This document shows, in pieces, positions 1 to 9,812 of a stretch of DNA of 64,000 bases (the first letter of the stretch is position 1; each line of letters begins with the position of its first letter). Made by a program: the position numbers and the translations under genes. Under the pieces are notes generated by a model. The model saw only the letters and a list, made by a program, of their open reading frames with translations, was not told the origin of the DNA and searched no databases. This DNA is from Candidatus Margulisiibacteriota bacterium (GTDB taxonomy: Bacteria; Margulisbacteria; WOR-1; O2-12-FULL-45-9), in contig JAYEOW010000004.1 in assembly GCA_034723395.1 (NCBI GenBank), forward strand, positions 41,375 to 105,374, written 5' to 3'.

Positions 1-327
1 TATTACCAGGAAGCAAACGACGATCTAAAATATGCCCTTGGGACATCGGGGAGCTGGGTCAAGGAGATCATCGACAGCACTTTGGATGTTGGCCAGTTCG
101 CAAGCATCGCTTTGGACAGCAATAATAAACCGCACATTAGTTACTACGACAAGGATAATACCGCGCTAAAATACGCGACTCAAATATCGGGATCATGGAA
201 TGCGTCTACGCTGGATAACTCTACGGATGTCGGCCAGGACACTTCGATCGTGATCGATCCGGACGACAACATCCATATCTCTTATTACGACGTGACCAAT
301 AACCTCATCAAATACGCTGTTAAATAG
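1..327 (+). CDS. 3' end of a repeat (beta-propeller-like) surface/secreted protein, truncated by the window start
   Basis: Frame 1 is open from base 1 ([19 protein letters not shown]...). Repeated unit DVGQxxSIxxDxxxxxHISYYD...LKYA occurs 2-3 times. Confidence 0.7.
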   Translation, partial: YYQEANDDLKYALGTSGSWVKEIIDSTLDVGQFASIALDSNNKPHISYYDKDNTALKYATQISGSWNASTLDNSTDVGQDTSIVIDPDDNIHISYYDVTNNLIKYAVK

Positions 328-2113
328 ATTTAATGTGAAGTTCTTTTAGCTGTTTTGGATCTACCACATCCGGCGCCCCGGTCAGCGGACAGAAAGCGGA
401 TTGAGTTTTGGGGAAGGCGATAACATCGCGGATCGAATCCATCCCGGCTAAAAGCATCACTAAACGATCAAGTCCTAGAGCGATCCCTCCGTGCGGAGGA
501 GCCCCATATTCGAGCGCTTCAAGAAGAAAACCAAATCTTCGTTTGGCTTCGTCTTCGGGAAAACCTAATATTTTAAATATCTTCTTCTGAACGTCCATCC
601 GGTGGATACGGACCGACCCCCCCCCAATCTCCGATCCATTGAGAACAAAATCATAAGCCTGCGCCTTGATCTTGCTCGGCTCTTTTATAAACCGCTCTTC
701 GATATCATCCAGGCTTCCGTGCGGAGCGGTAAAAGGATGGTGATGAGAAGACCATCTTTTTTCGGTCTCGCCGTATTCAAAAAGCGGAAAATCGGTTACC
801 CAGAGAAAATTAAAACTTTTTTTATCGATCAACTCCATCTTTTTACCTAATTCCAGGCGGATCTGCCCAAGGACCTGGTTAGTAAGTTTTGGTTTATCGG
901 CCATAAAGAAAAGGACATCTCCAGTCTCCCCTTTCATATGATCGACGATCGCATTCATCTCTTCGATCTTAAAAAATTTAACGATCGGCGATTTCATTCC
1001 GCTTGGGGTGATCGCCACCCAGGCTAAACCTTTTGCGCCTAACTTTTTCGCCATCGCTTCAAAATTATCCAATTCTGCGCGTGAAAACTTAGCTCCTCCC
1101 TTTACCGTTAATCCTTTAACGATCCCGCCTTTCGCCACTGTATCCCTAAAAACCTTAAACTCAACATTTTTAACGATATCAGTAAGTTCGACCATTTTAA
1201 GCTCAAACCTGGTATCCGGCTTGTCGGTCCCATACATCCGCATTGCATCTTCCCAGGTCAATCTCGGAAACGGCGGTTTTACTTTTGGGACCGTGATCCC
1301 GCGATACATATCAATATCTTTCTCCAGCACCGCCATAACCTCCACCATCACCTTTTCGATCGTATCCATAATAATCTGTTCGGTACAAAAAGACATTTCA
1401 ATATCAACTTGAGTAAATTCCGGCTGGCGGTCGGCCCGCAGGTCTTCGTCACGAAAACAGCGGACAATCTGGTAATATCTTTCCATCCCCGCCACCATCA
1501 AGAGCTGTTTGAATAATTGGGGTGACTGCGGGAGCGCATAAAACTTTCCCGCGTTTACACGGCTTGGGACCAGGAAATCTCTCGCCCCTTCGGGAGTAGA
1601 TTTAGTTAAGAATGGGGTTTCGATCTCCAAGAATCCCTCTTTATCCAGGCAATCTGACATCGCTTTGGCAATTTTATGGCGGAAGATCAGGTTCTCTCTC
1701 ATCTTATCTTTGCGCAGGTCTATATAACGGTATTTTAAACGGATATTTTCATCCGGTTCGGTGCGGGCGTCGGCCACTTCGATCGGCGGAGTTTTTGCGG
1801 TATTTAATATATCAAGTTCAGAGACCGCGATCTCGATCTCGCCGGTTGGAATATTCTTGTTTACCGTCTCTGGAGAACGGGCAAGCACCTGACCTTTTAT
1901 GCTGATCACAAATTCGGGACGAAGTTTCTCGGCAAGTTGATGAAGTTTACTGTTTACCTGGCCGAATACTACCTGGACAATCCCGGAACGGTCGCGAAGG
2001 TCGACAAAAATAAGCCCGCCATGGTCGCGGCGGCGGTGGACCCAGCCAGCGAGGGTTACTTCGGAATCAATATCCTTTGATCTTAACTCTCCGCAATTTC
2101 TGGATCTGAACAC
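320..2113 (-). CDS. aspS: Aspartate--tRNA ligase (possibly non-discriminating Asp/Asn type)
   Basis: [21 protein letters not shown] fold, [46 protein letters not shown] start with AAGGAAG upstream. His in RRRDH hints at ND type. Confidence 0.97.
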   Translation of the reverse strand: MFRSRNCGELRSKDIDSEVTLAGWVHRRRDHGGLIFVDLRDRSGIVQVVFGQVNSKLHQLAEKLRPEFVISIKGQVLARSPETVNKNIPTGEIEIAVSELDILNTAKTPPIEVADARTEPDENIRLKYRYIDLRKDKMRENLIFRHKIAKAMSDCLDKEGFLEIETPFLTKSTPEGARDFLVPSRVNAGKFYALPQSPQLFKQLLMVAGMERYYQIVRCFRDEDLRADRQPEFTQVDIEMSFCTEQIIMDTIEKVMVEVMAVLEKDIDMYRGITVPKVKPPFPRLTWEDAMRMYGTDKPDTRFELKMVELTDIVKNVEFKVFRDTVAKGGIVKGLTVKGGAKFSRAELDNFEAMAKKLGAKGLAWVAITPSGMKSPIVKFFKIEEMNAIVDHMKGETGDVLFFMADKPKLTNQVLGQIRLELGKKMELIDKKSFNFLWVTDFPLFEYGETEKRWSSHHHPFTAPHGSLDDIEERFIKEPSKIKAQAYDFVLNGSEIGGGSVRIHRMDVQKKIFKILGFPEDEAKRRFGFLLEALEYGAPPHGGIALGLDRLVMLLAGMDSIRDVIAFPKTQSAFCPLTGAPDVVDPKQLKELHIKSI

Positions 2114-2268
2114 GAATCTACTTCCTTCTTCTGGTCAATAGTGATAAAAATCTCTTCGGTAGAATAAACGCTCATCCCTTTACAGCGAGGGCATTTAATT
2201 TCGACTTTACACATTCCTTCTATCCTGGCTAATAATCTATTACAATTTTGGCATCTAAAATCTTTCAT
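2083..2268 (-). CDS. Com-family (phage Mu Com-like) zinc-finger protein
   Basis: [14 protein letters not shown]...VEIKCPRCK: CxxC...IKCPRC pattern typical of the Mu-like Com family. ATGA overlap with the hisS stop. Confidence 0.8.
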   Translation of the reverse strand: MKDFRCQNCNRLLARIEGMCKVEIKCPRCKGMSVYSTEEIFITIDQKKEVDSCSDPEIAES

Positions 2269-3515
2269 TTTATTTCCTCCGTGAGAGCCTTAAATGGGAC
2301 CTCTTTCTGCTCTCCCTTCTCCATCTCCTTAAGTATAGCAGATTTTTTATTAATTTCATCCTCTCCGATAATATAAACATAGCTTGCTCCAATCCGGTCG
2401 GCAATCCTCATCTGCGCCTTGAGGGATTTGCCAAGATAATCCATATCAGCAGAGATCCCCTTCGCCCTTAGTTTTGATAGAAGATCAAAACCAACCTTTT
2501 TCGCTTCATCACCGAGTGTAGCTATATATAATGAAATACATTGTTGGGATTTGGTCATTGGGATTTGGGATTTCATCACTTCAATTACCCGCTCAATCCC
2601 GATAGCAAACCCAACCGCTGGCGTCGGTTTTCCGCCAAATTCTTGAACTAATGTATCATAACGGCCGCCACCCGAAACCGCATTCTGCGCTCCAAGCTTA
2701 GAAGAAACTATCTCAAAAGTGGTTTTCGTGTAATAGTCCAATCCGCGAACTAACCGATTGTTTACTTTATACCGAATCACTCCATCACTTAATAACTTGA
2801 TCACTTCCTGAAACTGCTCCCCGCACTCTTCGCACAAGTAATCGACCGTCGCCGGCGCTTTTTCGATATATTTTTGGCACCCTTTTTCCTTACAGTCCAA
2901 AATCCTGAGCGGATTTTTCTTAAACCGATCCCTACAGTCACTACACATGCCTTTAACTTTATCTTTAAAGTACGCTTTCATAGCTTTTCGGAAGGCAGGT
3001 TGGCACTCTTTACAGCCGACCGAATTAATATCTACTTCGAGATTGTTTAATCCAAGTGTCTCAAAGATCTGCATGTTTAAAAGGATAACTTCGACATCAA
3101 TTTTCGGATCGGCCGACCCGAAAACTTCTACTCCTGCTTGATGAAACTGGCGTTGTCTACCTTTTTGGGGACGTTCGTAGCGGAACATCGGGCCAATATA
3201 AAATAATTTGGTTAATTGTTCTGGCCGGATAAGATTGTTTTCGAGACAAGCGCGAACTACTGAAGCGGTCTCTTCGGGGCGCAAGGTTAAACTTCTCCCC
3301 TTCCGGTCTTTAAATTCGTACATCTCTTTTTTGACAATATCGGTAGTATCCCCGATCGAACGGGAAAAAAGTTCAGTTTTTTCAAAAATAGGAGTGCGGA
3401 TTTCCTGGTAATTGTACAGAGAAAAGACTTTTCGACAGCTATTTTCTAAATGCTGCCATAAAGGCGCCTCGTTAGGAAGAATATCTTTGGTCCCACGGGG
3501 GGCTGCATACTTCAT
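2265..3515 (-). CDS. hisS: Histidine--tRNA ligase
   Basis: PRGTKD, LRPEETA, FRYERPQKGRQRQFHQ, LVRGLDYY, GGGRYD, GFAIGIER motifs. Confidence 0.97.
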   Translation of the reverse strand: MKYAAPRGTKDILPNEAPLWQHLENSCRKVFSLYNYQEIRTPIFEKTELFSRSIGDTTDIVKKEMYEFKDRKGRSLTLRPEETASVVRACLENNLIRPEQLTKLFYIGPMFRYERPQKGRQRQFHQAGVEVFGSADPKIDVEVILLNMQIFETLGLNNLEVDINSVGCKECQPAFRKAMKAYFKDKVKGMCSDCRDRFKKNPLRILDCKEKGCQKYIEKAPATVDYLCEECGEQFQEVIKLLSDGVIRYKVNNRLVRGLDYYTKTTFEIVSSKLGAQNAVSGGGRYDTLVQEFGGKPTPAVGFAIGIERVIEVMKSQIPMTKSQQCISLYIATLGDEAKKVGFDLLSKLRAKGISADMDYLGKSLKAQMRIADRIGASYVYIIGEDEINKKSAILKEMEKGEQKEVPFKALTEEIK

Positions 3516-3576
3516 TTCGGGGAAAATTATATCATTTAACTATTTGAAAAGATAGCCACCCCGACAGCTTCAAGCC

Positions 3577-3773
3577 AGGGAATCGCTTTTTCAATGATCT
3601 GGGCCGCCCCAAACGGTTATATTTTAAAATATCTTCCAAAAATCCCCGTCCCAAAAATACCTTTTCCCCATTTTTAACGATAAAGAGGAATTTACCAAAC
3701 AGCTTCCAGCCAAAAAAGACAATATTACGCAAGAACCTTCTCGCCTTCCAGATCCAAAGCTTTAAAATCCTCT
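3577..3773 (-). ncRNA. Candidate rod-shaped ncRNA (6S RNA-like)
   Basis: Nested inverted segments centred on ~3676, with G-U pairs favouring the minus strand. Candidate promoter at 3778-3804 and a hairpin plus U-tract at ~3546-3572. Confidence 0.45.
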
Positions 3774-3844
3774 CAACATATCGTATTTTCAAGGCAAAAA
3801 CTTGCGCTTGCTCCCCCACTTTCAAGAGGGTATAATCAAAAAAG

Positions 3845-4213
3845 ATGCACAATTTACTCTTTTGGATTATCGTTTACACTCTGATCCTGGCCTACAGCCA
3901 GGTACTCTTAAAGATTGGCGTTTCACATATCGGAGGGATCGGGTTTGACCATCCTGTCCAATTTTTCTTATCGATCTTCAGTAATGTTTATATAATATCC
4001 GGCACCATATTAATGGCCTCTTCCTATTTCCTCTGGCTGGCAATCTTATCCTGGTTCAAGCTCAGCGTCGCATTCCCCCTGACGGCGATCGGCTTTATTT
4101 TTGTCGCGGTCCTCTCCTATTTTATCCTTAACGAGAAATTGCTTTTTATCAATTACGTCGGCATCCTGTTTATCGCGCTGGGGATATTCCTGCTGCTTTA
4201 TAAATCTGTCTAA
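3845..4213 (+). CDS. EamA/SMR (DMT superfamily) small membrane protein, ArnE/ArnF-like
   Basis: 122 aa, 4 TM helices, SQVLLK, LSVAFPL and LNEK motifs. TTGCTC-17-TATAAT promoter just upstream. Confidence 0.8.
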   Translation: MHNLLFWIIVYTLILAYSQVLLKIGVSHIGGIGFDHPVQFFLSIFSNVYIISGTILMASSYFLWLAILSWFKLSVAFPLTAIGFIFVAVLSYFILNEKLLFINYVGILFIALGIFLLLYKSV

Positions 4214-4223
4214 GGAGAAAAAC

Positions 4224-5900
4224 ATGAAAAAGATGGTTTATCTTTTACTTATTATTTCTATGCTTTATATCATCCCCGCTAGTGCCTGCACTACAACTAT
4301 TGTCGGGAAAGATGCCACGACTGATGGGTCGGTTATCGTCTCCCACTCGGATGACGATGAATTGGGCGACCAGAGAATAGTCTACGTCCCGGCAAAAGAC
4401 CACCCTCCAGGATCAATGCGGCCGGTCTACTATGATATAGTTTCGTTCGGGAATACCACAAACCGCTATGTCGGCGCCAGCCGCGGCCCGGCGTATCTAA
4501 ATCCGGATCTTCCCCAATCAAAGCCGATCGGATATATACCACAAGTATCGCATACTTATGCTTATTTCGACGGAAATTACGGGATCATGAACGAGCATCA
4601 GTTGATGTTTGGCGAATGCACTAACGGCGCCAAGATAGAACTGAAGCCAAAAAAAGGTGAGAGAATTTTTTACAGCGCCGGGCTCTCCCGGGTCGCGCTC
4701 GAAAGATGCAGGACCGCCCGTAAAGCGGTAGCGCTCATGGGAAAATTGATCGATAAATATGGATATTATGGCACCGGCGAAACCCTTTTAGTCGGCGACA
4801 CGCAGGAAGCATGGGTTTTTGAAATGTGCTGTTCACCAGACGGCAAAGGAGGGTTCTGGGTCGCAAAAAAGGTTCCCGATAATGAGATGTTTGCCGCAGC
4901 TAACGAATTCAGGATCCGCGAAATTACCCCGGATATGCTCCATACTGAAAAACTTTTTGAAAAAACTAAAAAAGCGGGCTGGTGGGATGGAAAAGAACCG
5001 TTCGACTGGCTGCGTGTCGTTAGCCGTGGTGAATATAACCATCCCTATTATAGCTTAAGAAGGGTCTGGAGCATTTTTAGAAGAGCAAAACCTTCTGCAA
5101 AGTTCAGCCCCTGGGTAAAAGATGGTTTTACAAAAGCCTACCCTTTCTCAATTAAGCCGGACAAAAAGCTTTCCGTTCGGGATGTAATGGCATTCCACCG
5201 CGATCATTACAATGGGACCGAATTCGATATGACCAAAGGTCTCGCTGCCGGCCCTTTTGGAAGTCCCGATCGTTATATCGGAAAATACGACCTGACGGAT
5301 TTCCCAAAAGCCAAACTATGGGGAGCATGGGAGAGACCGATCACCGTCTTTTACGCCGGCTACTCATATATCAACCAGGCCAGGGGATGGCTCCCCGATC
5401 CAATCGGGGGAATCAGCTGGTTCGGACCGGATAAGCCGTATGAAACCTGCTATATTCCTTTCTACGCCGGGGTAAATGATCTGCCAAGGTCATATCAGAC
5501 TGGAAGCACAAAAAAATATGACCGCAAAACCGCCTGGTGGGCATTTAATTTTGTTAATAATTGGGCCAACCTTAAATACAGTTATATGATCAAAGATATC
5601 CGTACGAAACAAAAAGAGCTGGAAGATAAAGAATTTAATAATCAGCCGACGATCGAAAAGAAAGCACTTACCCTTTATGAAAAAGACCCGAAACTTACCC
5701 GCGCCTATTTAACAAAATATTCGATCGATAACGCGGATGAGGTTGTTGGCCAATGGTGGCTGCTGGCAAATCACCTTATCGAAAAATATAGTGATGGCTA
5801 TGTAAATAAACCTGAAGTCGGAAGAGAGATTGGCTACCCCGGCAAGTGGCTGCAAAAGGTCGGTTACGATAAAGGGCCAAGCACTTACGAAAAGAGGTAA
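4224..5900 (+). CDS. Secreted C69-family dipeptidase (Ntn hydrolase)
   Basis: Start re-assigned to ATG 4224 (SD AAGGAG). Signal peptide ending ASA, then catalytic CTTTIVGKDATTDGS; GIMNEHQL, ALERC motifs. Confidence 0.88.
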   Translation: MKKMVYLLLIISMLYIIPASACTTTIVGKDATTDGSVIVSHSDDDELGDQRIVYVPAKDHPPGSMRPVYYDIVSFGNTTNRYVGASRGPAYLNPDLPQSKPIGYIPQVSHTYAYFDGNYGIMNEHQLMFGECTNGAKIELKPKKGERIFYSAGLSRVALERCRTARKAVALMGKLIDKYGYYGTGETLLVGDTQEAWVFEMCCSPDGKGGFWVAKKVPDNEMFAAANEFRIREITPDMLHTEKLFEKTKKAGWWDGKEPFDWLRVVSRGEYNHPYYSLRRVWSIFRRAKPSAKFSPWVKDGFTKAYPFSIKPDKKLSVRDVMAFHRDHYNGTEFDMTKGLAAGPFGSPDRYIGKYDLTDFPKAKLWGAWERPITVFYAGYSYINQARGWLPDPIGGISWFGPDKPYETCYIPFYAGVNDLPRSYQTGSTKKYDRKTAWWAFNFVNNWANLKYSYMIKDIRTKQKELEDKEFNNQPTIEKKALTLYEKDPKLTRAYLTKYSIDNADEVVGQWWLLANHLIEKYSDGYVNKPEVGREIGYPGKWLQKVGYDKGPSTYEKR

Positions 5901-5905
5901 TTAGG

Positions 5906-6535
5906 ATGGTGGAAGCAGAAGGGAACAAACAAGATCTCGGATTGACCACGAACCGAATCGAAGCGCTAACCGACGGTATTTTTGCCATCGCAATGACACT
6001 TCAGGTATTGTCGCTCAATCTCCCGGAGACGGCCAGCATCTTAAACGAAGCCGGACTGCATCATTTACTGATGGACCAATTTGATAAGTTCTTTAATTAT
6101 GCGAGAAGTTTTCTTCTTTTGGCGATCTTCTGGATCATTCACCACCAGCAGTTTCACTCGATCATTCGCACCGACCGGAAACATCTCTGGATAAATATCT
6201 TTATGCTTATGTTCGTCGCCCTGATCCCCTTTTCGACAACTCTGGTTGGAAACTTTAATAACGATTGGATGGCCGAATTCTTTTTTGGTGGGAACCTGTT
6301 TTTTGTCGGTTTGTTCATCCAGCTTAACTGGCTCTACGCTGCCAATAATCACCGCTTAGTAAGGCGCAATTATCCGCAAGATAAAATTAATATCGGAAAG
6401 AAACGGGGAATGATCACTCCGGCCATTTCACTGCTGGCAATGGGGATCTCGATCGTTAATCCCTCTCTGGCCTCCTACACTTATCTACTGATCCCGATCA
6501 TTCTATCGCTTCCCAGCCTGAAACGAAGGGTTTAA
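5906..6535 (+). CDS. TMEM175-family potassium channel (DUF1211)
   Basis: RIEALTDGIFAIAMTL, FWIIHH, IPFSTT; 6 TM helices. Confidence 0.88.
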   Translation: MVEAEGNKQDLGLTTNRIEALTDGIFAIAMTLQVLSLNLPETASILNEAGLHHLLMDQFDKFFNYARSFLLLAIFWIIHHQQFHSIIRTDRKHLWINIFMLMFVALIPFSTTLVGNFNNDWMAEFFFGGNLFFVGLFIQLNWLYAANNHRLVRRNYPQDKINIGKKRGMITPAISLLAMGISIVNPSLASYTYLLIPIILSLPSLKRRV

Positions 6536-6539
6536 AAAG

Positions 6540-7895
6540 TTATTTAAGATAGTAGATCCGCGTGTTGCGATCTCTTTCCAGTTGGAGCGCGTATCCTTTT
6601 ATATTATCGGTCAGGATAGAATTATTTATTGATTTATCCTTTTTAACCGGGAATACCACGTATCCAAAAATATTTTTACCTGCTGGATAAGGGGCAAAGA
6701 TCAATTCCGCATTTACGCCCTTGACCTGGATATTCGACGGACTGTCTGGTGAATAAAATTTTCCATCAAGCCCGACGATCATCTTTTTCTTTCCGAAAGA
6801 TAAAAACCCCTTCCTCCCCCACGAACCCCCGGCCGCCCAATCAAGCGGCGCCGCAATTAACACATACTCAAGGCTATCTGTTTTTTCCTCATATGCATCA
6901 ATAATGTTCTTCAGTTCTATATTCTTTAGTTCGTAGTACTTTATTACCTTCTCTTTAATCCCAAGATCTTCGGCCGCTTTTAGCGGCGGAACAGATTTGG
7001 CAAGGACATCCATTGGAGTTTCTCCCCCGGCAACCCTTAATTTCCACCCCTTAATCCCTTTTAGGTCCAGAATAAAACCGGCTAACGGCCCGATCGCATA
7101 TGATTCTCCCTCTTTGAGCGATCCTTTATGATGAAAATTGTTGTATTTTGTTTTCCACCTCCGGGCAAACAGCTTGCGCAGATCATCATACAACTTAAGC
7201 TTAGAAGCCCCACTGCCCAGCCGACCGAACACCACCCCAAACAAGCCTACATATTCTGCCGAACCTTCCAGCCGATCGACCTCAAAGTTTCGATTCTTTT
7301 CTTCAGGAAATTGTACAGAATAAAGATTATGCCAGTATACCGATTCACCCACAGCTCCCCGCTCTTTCTTAACAAAAGCCCGATAAAGCGCATCCATTAT
7401 CATTCTCCTCAGGTAGCGCGGCCTCCAATTTTCGGGATAGATATCACCGCGAAAGGTTGCTCCAGACTTACTCTTCCATAATGCCTGCCCCACAATGTGA
7501 AAACCTTCATGGCAAAGAAGGATCAATATATCATCAATATCATAGTTACTCTTTTCTAAAGCGACGGAAAGTGCAATCCTCTCCTTCCATTTAGATCTGC
7601 TCCAGTTGCCGTCTGTGCGTAAATTTGGCGGCAGCGCAGAATAACTAACCTCTCCAACTCCCCCCTCCTGATCTCTATTCCAAACAAAGGCCTTTTTCCC
7701 TTCATTGTCCAGCATGACCACTAAGAGATCCTTCCACCCGCTGCCCGGCCAGACATTGTTTGGGTAATCGAGCGTCGATTCGGAAAGGGCCCTCCCTACC
7801 TCTTTTGCTCCATCGATCGAAAATCCGCCCATAAAAAAAGCGGCGGAAGAAAAGGCTAAAATGAAGACCATTAAAAAGGCGGTAATCAGTTTCAT
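6540..7895 (-). CDS. Secreted hypothetical protein, probable gluzincin metallopeptidase
   Basis: N-terminal signal peptide; HEGFH (HExxH) plus downstream LEGSAEY. Confidence 0.55.
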   Translation of the reverse strand: MKLITAFLMVFILAFSSAAFFMGGFSIDGAKEVGRALSESTLDYPNNVWPGSGWKDLLVVMLDNEGKKAFVWNRDQEGGVGEVSYSALPPNLRTDGNWSRSKWKERIALSVALEKSNYDIDDILILLCHEGFHIVGQALWKSKSGATFRGDIYPENWRPRYLRRMIMDALYRAFVKKERGAVGESVYWHNLYSVQFPEEKNRNFEVDRLEGSAEYVGLFGVVFGRLGSGASKLKLYDDLRKLFARRWKTKYNNFHHKGSLKEGESYAIGPLAGFILDLKGIKGWKLRVAGGETPMDVLAKSVPPLKAAEDLGIKEKVIKYYELKNIELKNIIDAYEEKTDSLEYVLIAAPLDWAAGGSWGRKGFLSFGKKKMIVGLDGKFYSPDSPSNIQVKGVNAELIFAPYPAGKNIFGYVVFPVKKDKSINNSILTDNIKGYALQLERDRNTRIYYLK

Positions 7896-8084
7896 TTCTT
7901 CCAGATTATAACATATAGGTTGACGGATTATATTATATATTGTAAAATCAGTGCGTTAAATGGTCGAAGTTAATGATTATAAGCACATATGTTTCTGCAG
8001 ACTATGTCACCAGTGTCCCCGCTATTTCGGGTCCTCGGTTTCCATTAATATCAGCAGAAAATCTATCAGGAGGAGTACAACCTT

Positions 8085-8348
8085 ATGAAAAGCTTATTTG
8101 TAGGAAATTTGGCTTGGGCAGTTACCGACGAAGACCTTAAGAACAAGTTCGTTGAATTCGGTAATGTTTTATCAGCTCGAGTGATTACCGACAAGTTTTC
8201 GGGCAAGTCCCGTGGATTTGGTTTTGTCGATATGGATGATGCGGACGCTGAAAAAGCGATCGCCGGTATGGCCGAGCAGGATTGGAATGGCCGTAAAATT
8301 ACGGTTAACGAAGCCAAGCCAAGGGCCGAGCGTGGAAACCGATCTTAA
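8085..8348 (+). CDS. RRM (RNP-1) RNA-binding protein
   Basis: RNP2 LFVGNL, RNP1 RGFGFVDM, ITVNEAKPR; SD GGAGG. Confidence 0.95.
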   Translation: MKSLFVGNLAWAVTDEDLKNKFVEFGNVLSARVITDKFSGKSRGFGFVDMDDADAEKAIAGMAEQDWNGRKITVNEAKPRAERGNRS

Positions 8349-8351
8349 TTA

Positions 8352-9812
8352 GTGCCTCTCTTTTTATCAAAAAGTAAATACCTGGGGGGGCTTAGGTGCC
8401 CTAAGTTCCTCTGGTATATGTATAACCGGAAGGATCAAATCCCGCCTCCTCCACCCGAGCTCGAAGAGGTATTTAAACAGGGGCGGATCGTTGGCGAACA
8501 TGCCCAACAACTCTTTCCTGACGGGATTAAAATCGGACGCGAATTTAATCCTAACCGGATGAGTGAAAAATCACTCAATGCCCTTTTCCGCAGCGTCCCC
8601 GTCTTTGAAGCAGGATTTGTTTGCCACCAAGCTTATGCCCTGGCAGATATTTTAGTCCCGGCACAGAACGGGAGCTGGGACTTAATCGAGGTTAAAAGTT
8701 CGACCGGGATCAAAGAAGAGCATCTGTTGGATGCCGCTTTCCAAAAATATGTCTACTCTGGCGCCGGGGTCAAGGTTAATCGCTGTTATCTGATGCATCT
8801 TAATAAAGAGTATATCCGTAATGGTGACCTTGAAGTTGATAAACTCTTTAAAAAGGTCGATGTTAGTGAAGAAGTGGAGCAGCTCCTCCCTGATACGCAA
8901 AAGAATATCGGAATCTTGCTTAACTTGATCAACGGACCGGAGCCAAACACGAAGATCGGCATGCACTGCAGCGAGGAATGCCCGCTTTGGGAAATATGCA
9001 CCAATTCCCTACCCAAAGATAATATTTTTAATCTCCGCTCCGGAAAAAAGATCGCCCTGGCCTTGTTCGAACAAGGGATCATCCGGATCAGGGATATCCC
9101 TGAATATGTTGAGCTGAACAAGAAACAAAAGATCCAGTTAAACTCACATCTTAACAATAAACCCTATGTCAACAAGGCAGAGATCAAAGCTTTTCTTGAT
9201 GAACTTGCATATCCATTATATTTTCTCGATTTCGAAACGATCGCTCCCGCCATCCCGACTTATGATCAGACCCACCCCTATCAGGACATCCCCTTCCAAT
9301 ATTCCCTGCATGTTCAGAACAGCAAGGGGAGCAAACCGATCCACTACGAATACCTTGCCCCGGGAGACATCGATCCACGGCCGGAGGTATTGAAACAATT
9401 AAAGGATCGTCTTGGCAGCTCCGGATCGATCGTCGCCTATAACGCAGCTTACGAGCTTAAATGCATTGGATCATCAGTAAAAGTTAATCCGGGATTCAAA
9501 TCCTGGTTCGATCAGATCAGACTGCGCTTTGCCGACCTGCTGATCCCTTTTAAAAACTTTTATTATTACCATCCGGAACAATTAGGCAGCGCCTCCTTAA
9601 AAAAGGTCCTCCCGGCATTAACTGATGAAAGCTATGAAGGAATGGAGATCGGAGGCGGGAGACGGGCTAGCGCAGAGTACTTAAGAATTACCTTTGATAA
9701 AGGGATAGATAATAAAGAACGTCGGGAAATAAGAAGGGCATTGACCAAGTATTGCGGTTTAGATACGCGGGGGATGATCGATATATTAGATGTGCTGGAA
9801 AAGGTTATTTAA
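8352..9812 (+). CDS. DUF2779-type protein: PD-(D/E)xK nuclease domain with Cys cluster plus C-terminal RNase H-like/DEDD domain
   Basis: LSKSKY..GLRCPK, ADIL...IEVKSST, HCSEECPLWEIC, LDFET...YNAAYE...DL...YCGLDT. Confidence 0.82.
   Translation: MPLFLSKSKYLGGLRCPKFLWYMYNRKDQIPPPPPELEEVFKQGRIVGEHAQQLFPDGIKIGREFNPNRMSEKSLNALFRSVPVFEAGFVCHQAYALADILVPAQNGSWDLIEVKSSTGIKEEHLLDAAFQKYVYSGAGVKVNRCYLMHLNKEYIRNGDLEVDKLFKKVDVSEEVEQLLPDTQKNIGILLNLINGPEPNTKIGMHCSEECPLWEICTNSLPKDNIFNLRSGKKIALALFEQGIIRIRDIPEYVELNKKQKIQLNSHLNNKPYVNKAEIKAFLDELAYPLYFLDFETIAPAIPTYDQTHPYQDIPFQYSLHVQNSKGSKPIHYEYLAPGDIDPRPEVLKQLKDRLGSSGSIVAYNAAYELKCIGSSVKVNPGFKSWFDQIRLRFADLLIPFKNFYYYHPEQLGSASLKKVLPALTDESYEGMEIGGGRRASAEYLRITFDKGIDNKERREIRRALTKYCGLDTRGMIDILDVLEKVI

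Noticed and set aside
2083..2268. Prophage remnant around the Com-like gene
   Set aside because: No integrase, structural, mom or methyltransferase genes and no att-like repeats nearby.
3546..3780. T-box riboswitch for hisS
   Set aside because: GGGTGG is followed by CTATC rather than NACC, no specifier or AG-box stem was recognised, and hisS has its own -10 downstream.
3532..3852. 106-aa minus-strand ORF
   Set aside because: No SD or recognisable motif; overlaps the divergent gene's promoter and start; better explained as structured RNA.
4101..4223. N-terminal extension of the C69 peptidase in the ORF track
   Set aside because: Overlaps the upstream gene; SD and signal peptide indicate ATG 4224.
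8352..9812. CRISPR-associated Cas4
   Set aside because: No cas1/cas2 or array; the domain architecture fits stand-alone DUF2779-type proteins.
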